Of a stretch of DNA of 64,000 nucleotides, positions 53,809 to 63,429 are shown piece by piece. Position numbers and translations under genes: made by a program. The DNA is taken from contig CAWFQB010000007.1 in the NCBI GenBank assembly GCA_963817895.1, forward strand, positions 64,001 through 128,000, given 5' to 3'. Numbering within the stretch: position 1 is the first letter of the stretch; each line of letters starts with the position of its first letter. The DNA is from an uncultured Chthonomonadaceae bacterium. Lineage in GTDB: Bacteria; Armatimonadota; Chthonomonadetes; Chthonomonadales; Chthonomonadaceae. The notes beneath the pieces are model-generated. The model ran no database searches and was not told the origin of the DNA. It was given only the letters and a program-made list of their open reading frames with translations.

Positions 53809-55692
53809 ATGCTGCTCAAACGTCGCGATTTGCTGTTGGCTGCGCCCCTGCTGCTGGCCGGGGAACATTTGGATGCGCAGACATTTTCCGGTTTTGAGCG
53901 CATTTCGCTGCCGGACGACGAAAGCATTGCCGCGCATGTCGGCGTGTTTGCGCGTTTTGAGCAGTTCCGCCCACTGCGCGGACAGCGCGAAATGCGCCTG
54001 ACCGCCAACGTTCTGGCGTTTCCCGCGAACCTGTCCAATCCCTTTACGCCGGAAACCTTTACGACGCGCCTGCTTTCCCAGTTTGAGGTTCCTAATGAAG
54101 CGGGATGGGGGCAGTTCGGGCCAACGGGGGATACGTTCCGGCTGACGTTTGATATTACGGATGCGCGGATGCGGCTGGGCAGCGTGGTGGTTCGGGAATG
54201 GGAAAGCGGGCGCGTGGTGGGTTCGGTTCGGGCGCGGGGAGATGGGGCGCAGGTTCGAGGCGAAGTTGGCTGCGATTGGGACGCGAGTTTTTTCCTGCTG
54301 GAAGGCAAGGCTAAAACGGGCAAGCCTTTGTTCGCGCTGGGTGTTCAGCGCGGTTTTCCCGATTATGTTGTTTCCGTGTCGCTCGAAGGCGAGTTTCAGC
54401 CCCGGCGTCCTGCGTCCGTTCTGCTTCCCGGCATGAACGAATGTCCCGACGTTTCCGGGCTGGTGGGCCATGCTTATAATGACGACGCAAACGTCGCGCT
54501 GGCCGAAATGGGAGCCGGGGTCAGCCGCGCCTGCGCGGTTGCCGAACTGATCAATGACACCTTTCAAACGCAGCCATTCATGCCGCCCGCTTCTTTCCAG
54601 AATTTGCGCAGGTATCAGGCTGTCCGGCAGATTGCCGGGGCGGGACTGAATACCACGCGCCATCCGCCGGGTTTGCCGCCCGCGCTGACTGCCGCCGCCA
54701 CGAGCGCGAAACTGTTGGCGTTTGGGCGCGGAGATTTTGAGGCCGGGGTTCGCAATGCCGAATTGCCGCCCTTTTCGCGCGTAGTCATGCGCTGGTCGCC
54801 CGAACTGCATGGCCGCGTCCTCGGTGTGCTGCTGGTTCCTTACGAGCGCATCAAGCATACGCTCGACTTTTGGGATTTGCTGCGCCCAACGCTTTCAGAA
54901 GCGTTGGCGGCCCAAACCGGGCAATTCTCGCATTTGGCGGCCTTTACCGCGAACCGCCTGTTGCAAGAGCGCGTATGGCAGCAGCGTACCGGATTGATGC
55001 CGGGAGACGTGAGCGCGGGCGGCGAAAACTACGCGGTACAGGTTGTGGATCGTCAGGCCATTGTTCAGGCCGCGCCTATTTTGGAGGACGTACATTTTCA
55101 AGTGATGTCATACTTCGCGCCGCCGGGTGACGATTGGGAGGCCGAAGTGGTTGTCGAGAACGCGGGCGCGTATACCACGCCGCCTCCGCCAGGCAAAGCG
55201 GAGGGCGGCACAATCAAAATCGGGCCGAAGGGCGGGGTACTGGCGCTTGCCAAAGGGTACTCGTGGAGGGTCACAGGCCGAATCACGCATCCCGCTGGCT
55301 ATGGCAGCGAAACGCGCGTGATACGGACTCCCCCGGAAAACACAGTCATGCTTCCCGTGCCTCTTGAAGCTTTGTGGCATTTGAAAGTGGTTACAAACGG
55401 GCCACAGGGTTCTATCGCCGCCCGCGTTCTGCTGCGAACGCGGGATGGCAAGCCGGTTGCGGAACAAAACAGCGTTCTTGATACGAAAATGGGCATTTAC
55501 AGCGCGACATTTAACCTTGTGCCGCCAGGAATATACGCGCTGCAAGCGTTCGCGCCCGGCCTTCAGTCGCCGGAGTATATCAATACCGCTTCCATTGACA
55601 AAGAGAGCGTCGTTTCTCTCCCGCTTGTTCCCGCCCCGCCGCCAGAAAAAGCGCGAAAACCCAAAGCAGGAAATCGGCAGCCAAAACCTTAA
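53809..55692 (+). CDS. Exported hypothetical protein
   Basis: 627-aa intact ORF, KRRDLLL Tat-like signal, C-terminal beta-sandwich (VPPGIYALQAFAPG). Confidence 0.75.
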   Translation: MLLKRRDLLLAAPLLLAGEHLDAQTFSGFERISLPDDESIAAHVGVFARFEQFRPLRGQREMRLTANVLAFPANLSNPFTPETFTTRLLSQFEVPNEAGWGQFGPTGDTFRLTFDITDARMRLGSVVVREWESGRVVGSVRARGDGAQVRGEVGCDWDASFFLLEGKAKTGKPLFALGVQRGFPDYVVSVSLEGEFQPRRPASVLLPGMNECPDVSGLVGHAYNDDANVALAEMGAGVSRACAVAELINDTFQTQPFMPPASFQNLRRYQAVRQIAGAGLNTTRHPPGLPPALTAAATSAKLLAFGRGDFEAGVRNAELPPFSRVVMRWSPELHGRVLGVLLVPYERIKHTLDFWDLLRPTLSEALAAQTGQFSHLAAFTANRLLQERVWQQRTGLMPGDVSAGGENYAVQVVDRQAIVQAAPILEDVHFQVMSYFAPPGDDWEAEVVVENAGAYTTPPPPGKAEGGTIKIGPKGGVLALAKGYSWRVTGRITHPAGYGSETRVIRTPPENTVMLPVPLEALWHLKVVTNGPQGSIAARVLLRTRDGKPVAEQNSVLDTKMGIYSATFNLVPPGIYALQAFAPGLQSPEYINTASIDKESVVSLPLVPAPPPEKARKPKAGNRQPKP

Positions 55693-55744
55693 ACAGCGCG
55701 TAACAGAATGCGCTTCTCAATTTCGCTGTTGACAGGAGAAAATT

Positions 55745-57877
55745 ATGCTGTTGCCCGTTTGTCTGTCCCTGATGCTGCTTGCGCAACCCGCCGGGACGCG
55801 CGACGCGCTGCTCAATCAAGCGACGGCGCATTGGAAACTGAACAATGCCGTTCCTTCCGACAAATACCCATTGCGAACGCAGGGGCAGATTGAACGCGAC
55901 GTGCCTACAGCAGAAACCGGCGTGAATGTCGGCGGCAAAGCGGTTCGCCTGACAAACGCCTATTTCGATGCGGGCAACGCCTTCAACCTCAATCCTGCCG
56001 CGCTGACCGTGTATCTGCGCGCCCGTGACCCGCGCGGACTGTGGAGTTACGGGCTGTTCAACAAGCGCGGCAGCCACGAGGTTGTGACGTTCAACCTGTT
56101 CAGCATAGACCTGCCGCCCACGCCCGGACCCGACATCGGCTTTGAACTGCATACCGAAGCGGGATTGGGCGCGGCCTTTTTTCCGGTTTCGCGTATCGCG
56201 CCCACCGCGTGGCACGATTTTGTCGGCAGCTACGACGGGCATTTCATCTCACTGTACTGCGACGGCAAACTCATGTCGCGCCGCGCCTGGTATGGCAAAC
56301 TCGCGCGTAACAACGAACCCATTATCATTGGCGCGGAAACCGATCACGGCCAGATCGTCCGGCCTTTTACGGGCGAAATGGAAGAGGCCGCGCTGTGGCC
56401 GTGCGCCCTTGATGCCAACGAACTCGCCACCCTGATGAAAAAGGAGAAAATCATGCCCGATGCCGAGTATGTCGCTCCCGTTGCGCCCCCGCCCTCGCCC
56501 GTGCATTACCGGCCCTCATTCGCCCGCCTTGCCGACACCATTCCGTTCTTCTGGAAGGGCGAGTACCACATCTTTTATCTTCGCGCCGTCGAGCATGTCC
56601 CCTGGGAACACATTGTTTCCAAAGATTTGATCCACTGGAAAGACCTGCCGACCGCCCTTGTCGCGGATGGCGCTTCCGACAGCCCGGACGGTTTTCACAT
56701 GTTTACGGGCAGCGTGATCGAGCATGACGGCACATTCCACATCTACTATACCGGCTGGAACCCCAATAATCCGCAGGGGCAGGAAACCATGATGCACGCG
56801 ACCAGTCCCGATTTAATCCATTGGACGAAGCGACCGGGGGACATGCTCAGACCGGATGGAACGCACTACGCCAACACCCGTTATGCTGATTTCCGCGACC
56901 CGTATTTGTTCCACAACCCAGATACGAACGATTTCATGATGTTCTTCTGTTCCGGGGCAAATACGGGAGTTGCTAGTTCGCCCGACCTGGTTCACTGGAC
57001 GCAGCAGCCGCCCATCGTTTCGGATTACACGGGATTGGGAACGCCGGAGTGTCCCGACACGTTTCAAATCGGCAAAACGCATTACCTCATTACCTCGCCG
57101 ACAAAGACAAACAGCACCATTGCCCGCCACTCGGCCAATTTGCTTGGCCCCTACCATGACCCCGTTTCACGCGAAATTGACACGCCGATTCTGTATGCCG
57201 CCAAACGCATGTACGACGGCAAGCGCCACATTCTGACCGGCTGGCTGCGCGATCTGGACGGCGGCACGGACACAGGCAGTTTCATGTGGGGCGGAACGCA
57301 GTCCATTCCCCGCGAAATTACCGCAGGCCCCGATGGACAACTGTTTTTCCACCCCATTCCGGCAGCGATTGCCGCCTACAAGCATCTTGATTGGAATTTA
57401 GACAAAACCTCTCCGCTCCTTCACGCGAACACCGGATGGCGGTATATTGACCAAAAATTGGAAGGTCTAGGCGGTATTGAAGTAGGGAGTTGCCAGATGA
57501 AAACGCCGCCCGATTATCTGCTGCAATGTAAGGTGAAACTGGATGCGGACAGCGTTTTCTCGCTCGGCTTTCGTGAAAAAGAGGAGGCCGGGACAGGCTA
57601 CCGCCTCACATTGCGCCCCGACAAGCAGGAAGCGGAAATCAGCAGCGCGAACTTCCACTACCCGCGCCGCATCCTGCTCGACGCTTCCAAACCTGTCACC
57701 ATCCAAGCGTTCGTGCAGGGCGACATCATTGAGTGCTTTATCAACAACGCCTTCGCCTTCAGTTGCCGCGCCTACAACACCCGTTCCGGCAGATTGGGGC
57801 TGCACATTTCTGGCGGCAAAGCGCAGGTGCAGGATTTGAGCGTGAAACTGTCCGATGTGAAACCGACTGCCCAATAA
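55745..57877 (+). CDS. GH32 glycoside hydrolase with N-terminal LamG-like domain
   Basis: YHIFYL, SKDLIHW, FTGS, FRDP, ECPD; LamG-like WHDFVGSYDG..LYCDG. Confidence 0.9.
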   Translation: MLLPVCLSLMLLAQPAGTRDALLNQATAHWKLNNAVPSDKYPLRTQGQIERDVPTAETGVNVGGKAVRLTNAYFDAGNAFNLNPAALTVYLRARDPRGLWSYGLFNKRGSHEVVTFNLFSIDLPPTPGPDIGFELHTEAGLGAAFFPVSRIAPTAWHDFVGSYDGHFISLYCDGKLMSRRAWYGKLARNNEPIIIGAETDHGQIVRPFTGEMEEAALWPCALDANELATLMKKEKIMPDAEYVAPVAPPPSPVHYRPSFARLADTIPFFWKGEYHIFYLRAVEHVPWEHIVSKDLIHWKDLPTALVADGASDSPDGFHMFTGSVIEHDGTFHIYYTGWNPNNPQGQETMMHATSPDLIHWTKRPGDMLRPDGTHYANTRYADFRDPYLFHNPDTNDFMMFFCSGANTGVASSPDLVHWTQQPPIVSDYTGLGTPECPDTFQIGKTHYLITSPTKTNSTIARHSANLLGPYHDPVSREIDTPILYAAKRMYDGKRHILTGWLRDLDGGTDTGSFMWGGTQSIPREITAGPDGQLFFHPIPAAIAAYKHLDWNLDKTSPLLHANTGWRYIDQKLEGLGGIEVGSCQMKTPPDYLLQCKVKLDADSVFSLGFREKEEAGTGYRLTLRPDKQEAEISSANFHYPRRILLDASKPVTIQAFVQGDIIECFINNAFAFSCRAYNTRSGRLGLHISGGKAQVQDLSVKLSDVKPTAQ

Positions 57878-57957
57878 CCTGTAAGTGCGCAAATGCTGCA
57901 TTTGCAGCAATTGCGCATTTTGTCTCCAACTATTTTGCTGTTTTGGAGAGGATAACC

Positions 57958-58794
57958 ATGAAGTTTTCAACCATACGAATGCGATACAGGCATGTTGTTC
58001 TGGCAGCCGGCAGTCTGCTATGCCTGTCGCTTTCGCAGGCCAAAGGCCAGAACAATATCTCCGCGCAGTCTCCTGTCTTACCTACTGTCGCCGTAACCTT
58101 CCAGGCGAAAAAGATGCCGATGGAAGAGATGCTGCGCGACCTGTCCGCCAGATACAACTTCAACTTCGTCATGTGCGAAGCGCCGCTGGCGCCAGGCGCA
58201 GACGCAGATATTACTTCTCGCTCGCTCTCGGAAAGTCTGGATGCTGTCTGCAAACCCTTTGACTTTCGCTGGAGCATCGGGCCGGACAATGTTGTACTGT
58301 TCGAGTGCAAGTACACCAAACTGACTGCAATGCCACCACTGACGCGCGGGGAAGTATTGGCGGTATTGGAAGATTTTCGGAATATCGCGAGTCCATTCCG
58401 CGCCGCGCAAGGGGATGATATCCAACTCGTCGAGCGGCATTTGACAGATTCACTGACACTGGAGCAGTGGCGCACACTTCGCGCCCGGTATGCCAGCAAG
58501 AACGGACTTGCATTTGAGGAACTGACCCCGGAGCAGCAGCACGACCTGATAGCCTACGTTACCAGCCAGGAGTTTGATTTCTTTGTCACTGATCCACAGC
58601 GCCTGACCTATCTGCAATGCCTGAAGGTGGAGGAGAGCGCGTTTGAGGTTCATGTTATAGCGCCCGGGGAAAAGAACCTGCTCGGTCGTGTGCGGAACGT
58701 GGATTTTATTGAGACGCGCTTCCATTATCGCGGGTCGGTAATGCAAGGCTTCGGCTGCGCAATCAACAAGCCTGATTTTATGACCAATGTGTAG
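57958..58794 (+). CDS. Secreted hypothetical protein (STN/secretin-N-like start)
   Basis: Signal peptide, VTFQAKKMPMEEMLRDLS, LSESLDAVCKPFDFRW; RBS GAGGA. Confidence 0.65.
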   Translation: MKFSTIRMRYRHVVLAAGSLLCLSLSQAKGQNNISAQSPVLPTVAVTFQAKKMPMEEMLRDLSARYNFNFVMCEAPLAPGADADITSRSLSESLDAVCKPFDFRWSIGPDNVVLFECKYTKLTAMPPLTRGEVLAVLEDFRNIASPFRAAQGDDIQLVERHLTDSLTLEQWRTLRARYASKNGLAFEELTPEQQHDLIAYVTSQEFDFFVTDPQRLTYLQCLKVEESAFEVHVIAPGEKNLLGRVRNVDFIETRFHYRGSVMQGFGCAINKPDFMTNV

Positions 58795-58883
58795 ACCTGC
58801 CCTCTTACCAGAGCGGCAGCGCGAAGGTAACGCTTCCGACAGCCATTGACCATGCGCCGCCCCTGGAAGCCTCTCGCGTTCAT

Positions 58884-59645
58884 TTGTTCGCTGTCAATGC
58901 GTCGCTTCGCTCCATTACAACGAAACTGGCCGAGCAAACCGGCCAGAAGGTACAGGCCGACGATGCCATTGCCGACGCGCACGTCAGCCTTCGCCTGGAC
59001 GACGTTGCCCTGCCAACGGCTCTGGACGCGATTGCCAGGCCGCATGACTGGCGCTTCTTCAAGCAGGAAGATGGCGTTTGGAAGGTTGCCCGTAAGCGCC
59101 CCGGCGCGGTTCTTAATGTGATGGGTACGATAGCGGCGATGTCGCAGGCCTTGCCGCCCGCCGTGCGCCGCTACATGAAAATGGACAACATTCCACAGGA
59201 CCTCAGCCCGGACACGCAGGAACTGTTACAGCGTAACGGAAGGTGGAACTGGAAGCTGGCAGCGGCCATGTCCTCATCCCTGCGCCGCCTGTACGCTGGC
59301 AACCTCAAGCAGTACAGCAAAACGGATGTTCTGACCTGGAACGATCTGCCACGCGCCGCACAGACAGATTTGCTGAACTGCTTGTTATACGACACGCTTA
59401 AGGAATCGCGTCCACTATCGAAGGGAATGCCGGGCTATGTCGTCACGCCCGGAGCTGACATCATCATGTTCGGCAACAGCAGAATGGATTTGCTGAACCT
59501 TGAGGTTCGGGGACGCAACATGAACGGCACATTCAACAGCGGCATCACTCTGAACAACAAACTGTCTGAGGAGAAACTGACTGCGTTGCGCGCGGCGGGA
59601 CTCCTCAAAGACAAAGAGCCGAAAATTAACACCGGCGTACCCTAA
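58884..59645 (+). CDS. Hypothetical protein, STN-like; true start probably near 58787 behind a frameshift
   Basis: NASLRSITTKLAEQTG, VSLRLDDVALPTALDAIA. Confidence 0.6.
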   Translation: MFAVNASLRSITTKLAEQTGQKVQADDAIADAHVSLRLDDVALPTALDAIARPHDWRFFKQEDGVWKVARKRPGAVLNVMGTIAAMSQALPPAVRRYMKMDNIPQDLSPDTQELLQRNGRWNWKLAAAMSSSLRRLYAGNLKQYSKTDVLTWNDLPRAAQTDLLNCLLYDTLKESRPLSKGMPGYVVTPGADIIMFGNSRMDLLNLEVRGRNMNGTFNSGITLNNKLSEEKLTALRAAGLLKDKEPKINTGVP

Positions 59646-59774
59646 TATGAGCCGCGATGCAGATACTTTTCAGCTCGGCTTAATTACCATCCAACTTTTT
59701 ACAAGCCGGGTACAATGCCTCCCGCCTGCTGTGCCTCTTGCGCCGCAGGCGGGTTTTGCGTGTATACTAAAAAC

Positions 59775-61311
59775 ATGGGAAAATCGCGCCTGCTTTCACG
59801 CCAATTCTATACACAAATCTCATTACCCCTGTTTGTAAAAACGTCGGGCCAATTCGCGTTCATTCGCGTTCATTCGCGGCTATTTTCAAGCCTAAAACCG
59901 CGCGGCCAATGGCCGCTGTGCCTGCTGCCATTATCGCTATGCCTGCTGACCGGCTGCAAGCCCTCGCGCTCCGAAGCGATAGCGCCGCCGCCCGCCAAAA
60001 TCGCCGTCAAAGCGCCTTCCAAAGTTTCCACGCCCCCACCGGGAAACCAGACGGACGCCACCGCCAATCCCCTGCGCGTCCGTCCCGACTGTCCGATTCG
60101 TCTTGGCGGCGTGTTTCTGCGCGGGTTGAGCGACAATCCCGACGCGCAGGAGGATTCCGCGTCCAACGGAACGAAACTAACGGACACGAACCGCGATTGG
60201 GTTGCCGCGAATTGCGATGTAGCCGCGTTCAGCGCGGCGAATGTGCAGCCCGATACGTTCCGGCAGATGACGCGGGCGCACAGCCTGTTCACGCCCCTGC
60301 TGTATTTGTACGCTTCGTCGCTGTACGAGATGCCCGGAACATCGAGGGAATGTGGGCGGATGGCAGCCTGCAACCATGAGCGCGTGGACGCTGCGCGACC
60401 CGAACGGGCAGGAGGTTCCTCCCCCCGATAAGGGCGGTCACTGGATGGATTTCGGCAATGTGGATTGGGCCAGACACTGGAAAGTTCAGGCCAGTCGGCT
60501 TGTCGGGCAGTACGGGGCGCAGGGCGTGGTGGCGGGGGAACTGCCGATTGGCAATACGTTCGTGCCGGACGCGCTGCAAAAATACAAATCCAGCGAGGAT
60601 CGCCTGAACGCTACAACCCAATGGCTGCAAACGGCCCGTTCGCCGCGCCAGTTTCTGCTCGTGCCGTCTGCCATCGGTTTCGACGCCCTTGCCGGACACC
60701 CCACCCTGCCCACGCCTGCCGGAACCGAAGAGCCGGAACTGAAAGGCCGCGTGTGGGACGAACTGCTGCCTTTTATTAATGGCGCGTGGGCGGAAGGCTG
60801 GCTTTGCCCCTATTGGTCGGGCGAACCTTTGCCGAATAATCAGTGGGAACTTCACATTGAGGCGGCGGACCGGGCGGGGCGCAACGATCAGGTATTCATC
60901 GCCTGCGCCGCGTACCACGACGACAGCGAACTGGAATATATACTCGCGTCGTTCCTGCTGTCTTATCACCGGCAGGGGCGCGCGTGTTTGCAGCCGATGC
61001 CCCTGCGCGCGGGACAGCCGCCCGACGCGGGCTTCAGCCTCGCCGTATTTCGCAAAGAGGTCACGGAAAAGGCCAATTTTTTCAACCCGCCGCTCGGCGT
61101 CGCCAAACAGGAGCGACACCCCCTGCGCGTGGAGGGCGGCGACGTATGGCGGCGGCAGTTTCAGGGCGGCGATGTGTATGTCAACTCGGACGACTCGCGG
61201 GGCAAAACCCTGCGCTTCAGCGGCAACATGCGCCGTTTGAACGGCCAAGTCGTCCGCGAAGTGGAAATGGCCCCGCATACGGGCGTTATTTTGCTGAATA
61301 TGAAGCAATAG
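59775..61311 (+). CDS. Lipoprotein, putative glycoside-hydrolase-like (GHL15-like), frameshift near 60340
   Basis: LTGC lipobox, WMDFGNVDW, LASFLL, VWRRQFQGGDVYVN. Confidence 0.65.
59852..59882 (-). repeat. 10-mer tandem repeat element
   Basis: Minus strand TAGCCGCGAATGAACGCGAATGAACGCGAAT; matches 4185-4215 with four substitutions. Confidence 0.75.
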
Positions 61312-61329
61312 GTTAATCTCGTCACACTT

Positions 61330-62295
61330 ATGACCACACAGCGTTACAATCTCGGTATAGACGGCGGCGGAACCAAGACGGTCGCCGTGATTCTGGACGC
61401 GAATGGCGGGGAGCGGGGGCGCGGCTATGGCGGACCCGGCAACCTCGTCAACACGTCTTCCGACATGCTGCGTCAGGCGATAACAGAGTCGGTGGGCGAG
61501 GCTTGCCATCAGGCGCAATTGCCCGGCGATACCCACTTTGGCGGAGCCTGCGCGGGCATGGCGGGCTACTCGGCGGAAGCGAAGCGCGAGGCGTTTGCGG
61601 GTCTGTTCCGCGAGATGGTTTCCGCCGAGGTTCACCTGGTCGAGCCGGATTTCAGCATCGCGTACTGGGGAGCCACGCACGGCGAACCGGGCATTGTCGT
61701 GATTGCGGGTACGGGCGCGGTCGCGTATGGCCGTAACGAGGCCGGGGAAACGCAGCGCGAGGATGGGCTGGGATTTCTGCTTGGGGACCGGGGCAGCGGG
61801 TTCAACCTGGGCCTGCGCATCCTGAAATACACGCTGGAACAGTGGAAGCAGGGGAAAACGGATACGCTCACGAAAGCGGTCGTCAAGCATACGGAAGCGC
61901 GTTCGCAGGAGCAGATTGTTCAATGGCTGTATGGCGATTTCAGTCCCGCCCGAGTGGCCTCGCTTGCCCCGCTTGTCGGACAACTGGCTGAAGACGGGGA
62001 TGTCGCGGCGCGGTGGCATGTGGCGGAAATGGCGCGGCGATTGCGCCATTCCGTGCGGCAAATCCGGCACAGACTGTGGCTGCCGCGCGAAACGCCCGTG
62101 TACCCACTCGGGGGGCTTTGGAATCTGGGCGCGTTTTTTCGGGCCGAGTTTTCCGACCCGCAATGGCACGGCGAAGGCGCGTTCCTGCTGGAACCGGAAC
62201 CCTTATCGGGTGGGCGCTTCACGCTCGCGCAGCCCAAAAGCGACGCCGCGTATGGCGCGGGACTGCAAGCGCAGCAATCAATCATTGAAGATTGA
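61330..62295 (+). CDS. BadF/BadG/BcrA/BcrD ATPase (N-acetylglucosamine kinase-like)
   Basis: LGIDGGGTKT, VIAGTGA, GFLLGDRGSG. Confidence 0.9.
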   Translation: MTTQRYNLGIDGGGTKTVAVILDANGGERGRGYGGPGNLVNTSSDMLRQAITESVGEACHQAQLPGDTHFGGACAGMAGYSAEAKREAFAGLFREMVSAEVHLVEPDFSIAYWGATHGEPGIVVIAGTGAVAYGRNEAGETQREDGLGFLLGDRGSGFNLGLRILKYTLEQWKQGKTDTLTKAVVKHTEARSQEQIVQWLYGDFSPARVASLAPLVGQLAEDGDVAARWHVAEMARRLRHSVRQIRHRLWLPRETPVYPLGGLWNLGAFFRAEFSDPQWHGEGAFLLEPEPLSGGRFTLAQPKSDAAYGAGLQAQQSIIED

Positions 62296-62347
62296 CGATT
62301 GGCAATTGATGGTAACAATTCAGCCTCTTACCCTAATTTTAGAATAG

Positions 62348-62390
62348 CCCCTCTCCCAGGCTTTTTTGGGAGAGGGGTTGGGGTGAGGGC
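62348..62390 (+). repeat. REP-like palindrome, second copy
   Basis: CCCCTCTCCCAGGCTTTTTTGGGAGAGGGGTTGGGGTGAGGGC. Confidence 0.85.
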
Positions 62391-62418
62391 TTCCATCTGT
62401 TTCAAGAAATATCAAGCA

Positions 62419-63351
62419 ATGCAAACCCGGAACACTCTTCCAATGTTGATTGTCCTGCTGTTGACGCAGGCGCAGGGCGTTCGCGCCGACGCGCGTTACG
62501 ATTGGGAAAGCCTTCTCAATACGCGCCGTATCGCCATTGTCGCGCCATTCTTCTGCACCGTTCCCCCGCCCGATCCTGCGCCAGCAATGGCCCTGACGCG
62601 CAAACCTACCGCCCGCGTGATCTGGCCCAAAACCGCCCCAGATGCTTTCACAGGCGGCAACCAGGCGCGACAGTCGGGAAACAGAGTGAATCCCCGGACG
62701 GCAAGAACCGCCACGAAAGCCACGCTTCAGCCCGCGCCCGTTCAGATTGACCCCGCGCCGCCGCAACCCAAAGCCTCGGTACCCGTCACGGAAGCGGACA
62801 AATCTTTTCATGCCCGGACGCTGCAAACTCTGACCGCAACCCTGAAAACTGCGCTGCCGGAAAGCATTGCCGCCGGCAGAACCTATCAGGTGATACCGGA
62901 TGGGGATGTTCAGGCGGCGTTGCGCAAATTGCGCTGGCAATCGCGCGACCTGTTTGCGTTGCAGGGCAAACCAACACAGGGCAAATTCCCGCCCCCTGAC
63001 ACAAAGCACATTCAGAAACTCGCTCAACTGCTGCATGTAGACGGGGTTATCGTATCCGCGATGCGCGAACCGGCAAGCGTCGGGGACGGCCTTCGCCTGC
63101 CATACGAATTATGGATGGTCAATCCCTTTGATTTTGGTGTTCGGCGGCGAACCGCACATGTGCTGTCGCCCCGCGTACAGGCGTTTCTCATCACCGCCGA
63201 CGGCAAAACCGCCTGGCAGGACGAACAGGCCGCCGATCATCCCCGTACCACGCCACGCACTCTCAACACGCTGCTTGTAGACTGGCAGGAAGCGACGGAA
63301 CAGGTGGCGCAGCAACTTGCCGACAGTCTCAACCGCCTGCCGCCCGGCTAA
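62419..63351 (+). CDS. Secreted hypothetical protein
   Basis: Signal peptide, IAIVAPFF, Pro-rich linker, LAQLLHVDGVI; start 62419 or 62299. Confidence 0.7.
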   Translation: MQTRNTLPMLIVLLLTQAQGVRADARYDWESLLNTRRIAIVAPFFCTVPPPDPAPAMALTRKPTARVIWPKTAPDAFTGGNQARQSGNRVNPRTARTATKATLQPAPVQIDPAPPQPKASVPVTEADKSFHARTLQTLTATLKTALPESIAAGRTYQVIPDGDVQAALRKLRWQSRDLFALQGKPTQGKFPPPDTKHIQKLAQLLHVDGVIVSAMREPASVGDGLRLPYELWMVNPFDFGVRRRTAHVLSPRVQAFLITADGKTAWQDEQAADHPRTTPRTLNTLLVDWQEATEQVAQQLADSLNRLPPG

Positions 63352-63429
63352 TTGCGCCTATCCATATTTGAGTTGGGCATAAGTCGGGTGATCTGTATTA
63401 GCCAACGGATATGGGGGAATCCTCGCGTT

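Noticed and set aside
60289..62169. 626-aa minus-strand ORF
   Set aside because: Antisense to two well-supported plus-strand genes; GC-rich artefact
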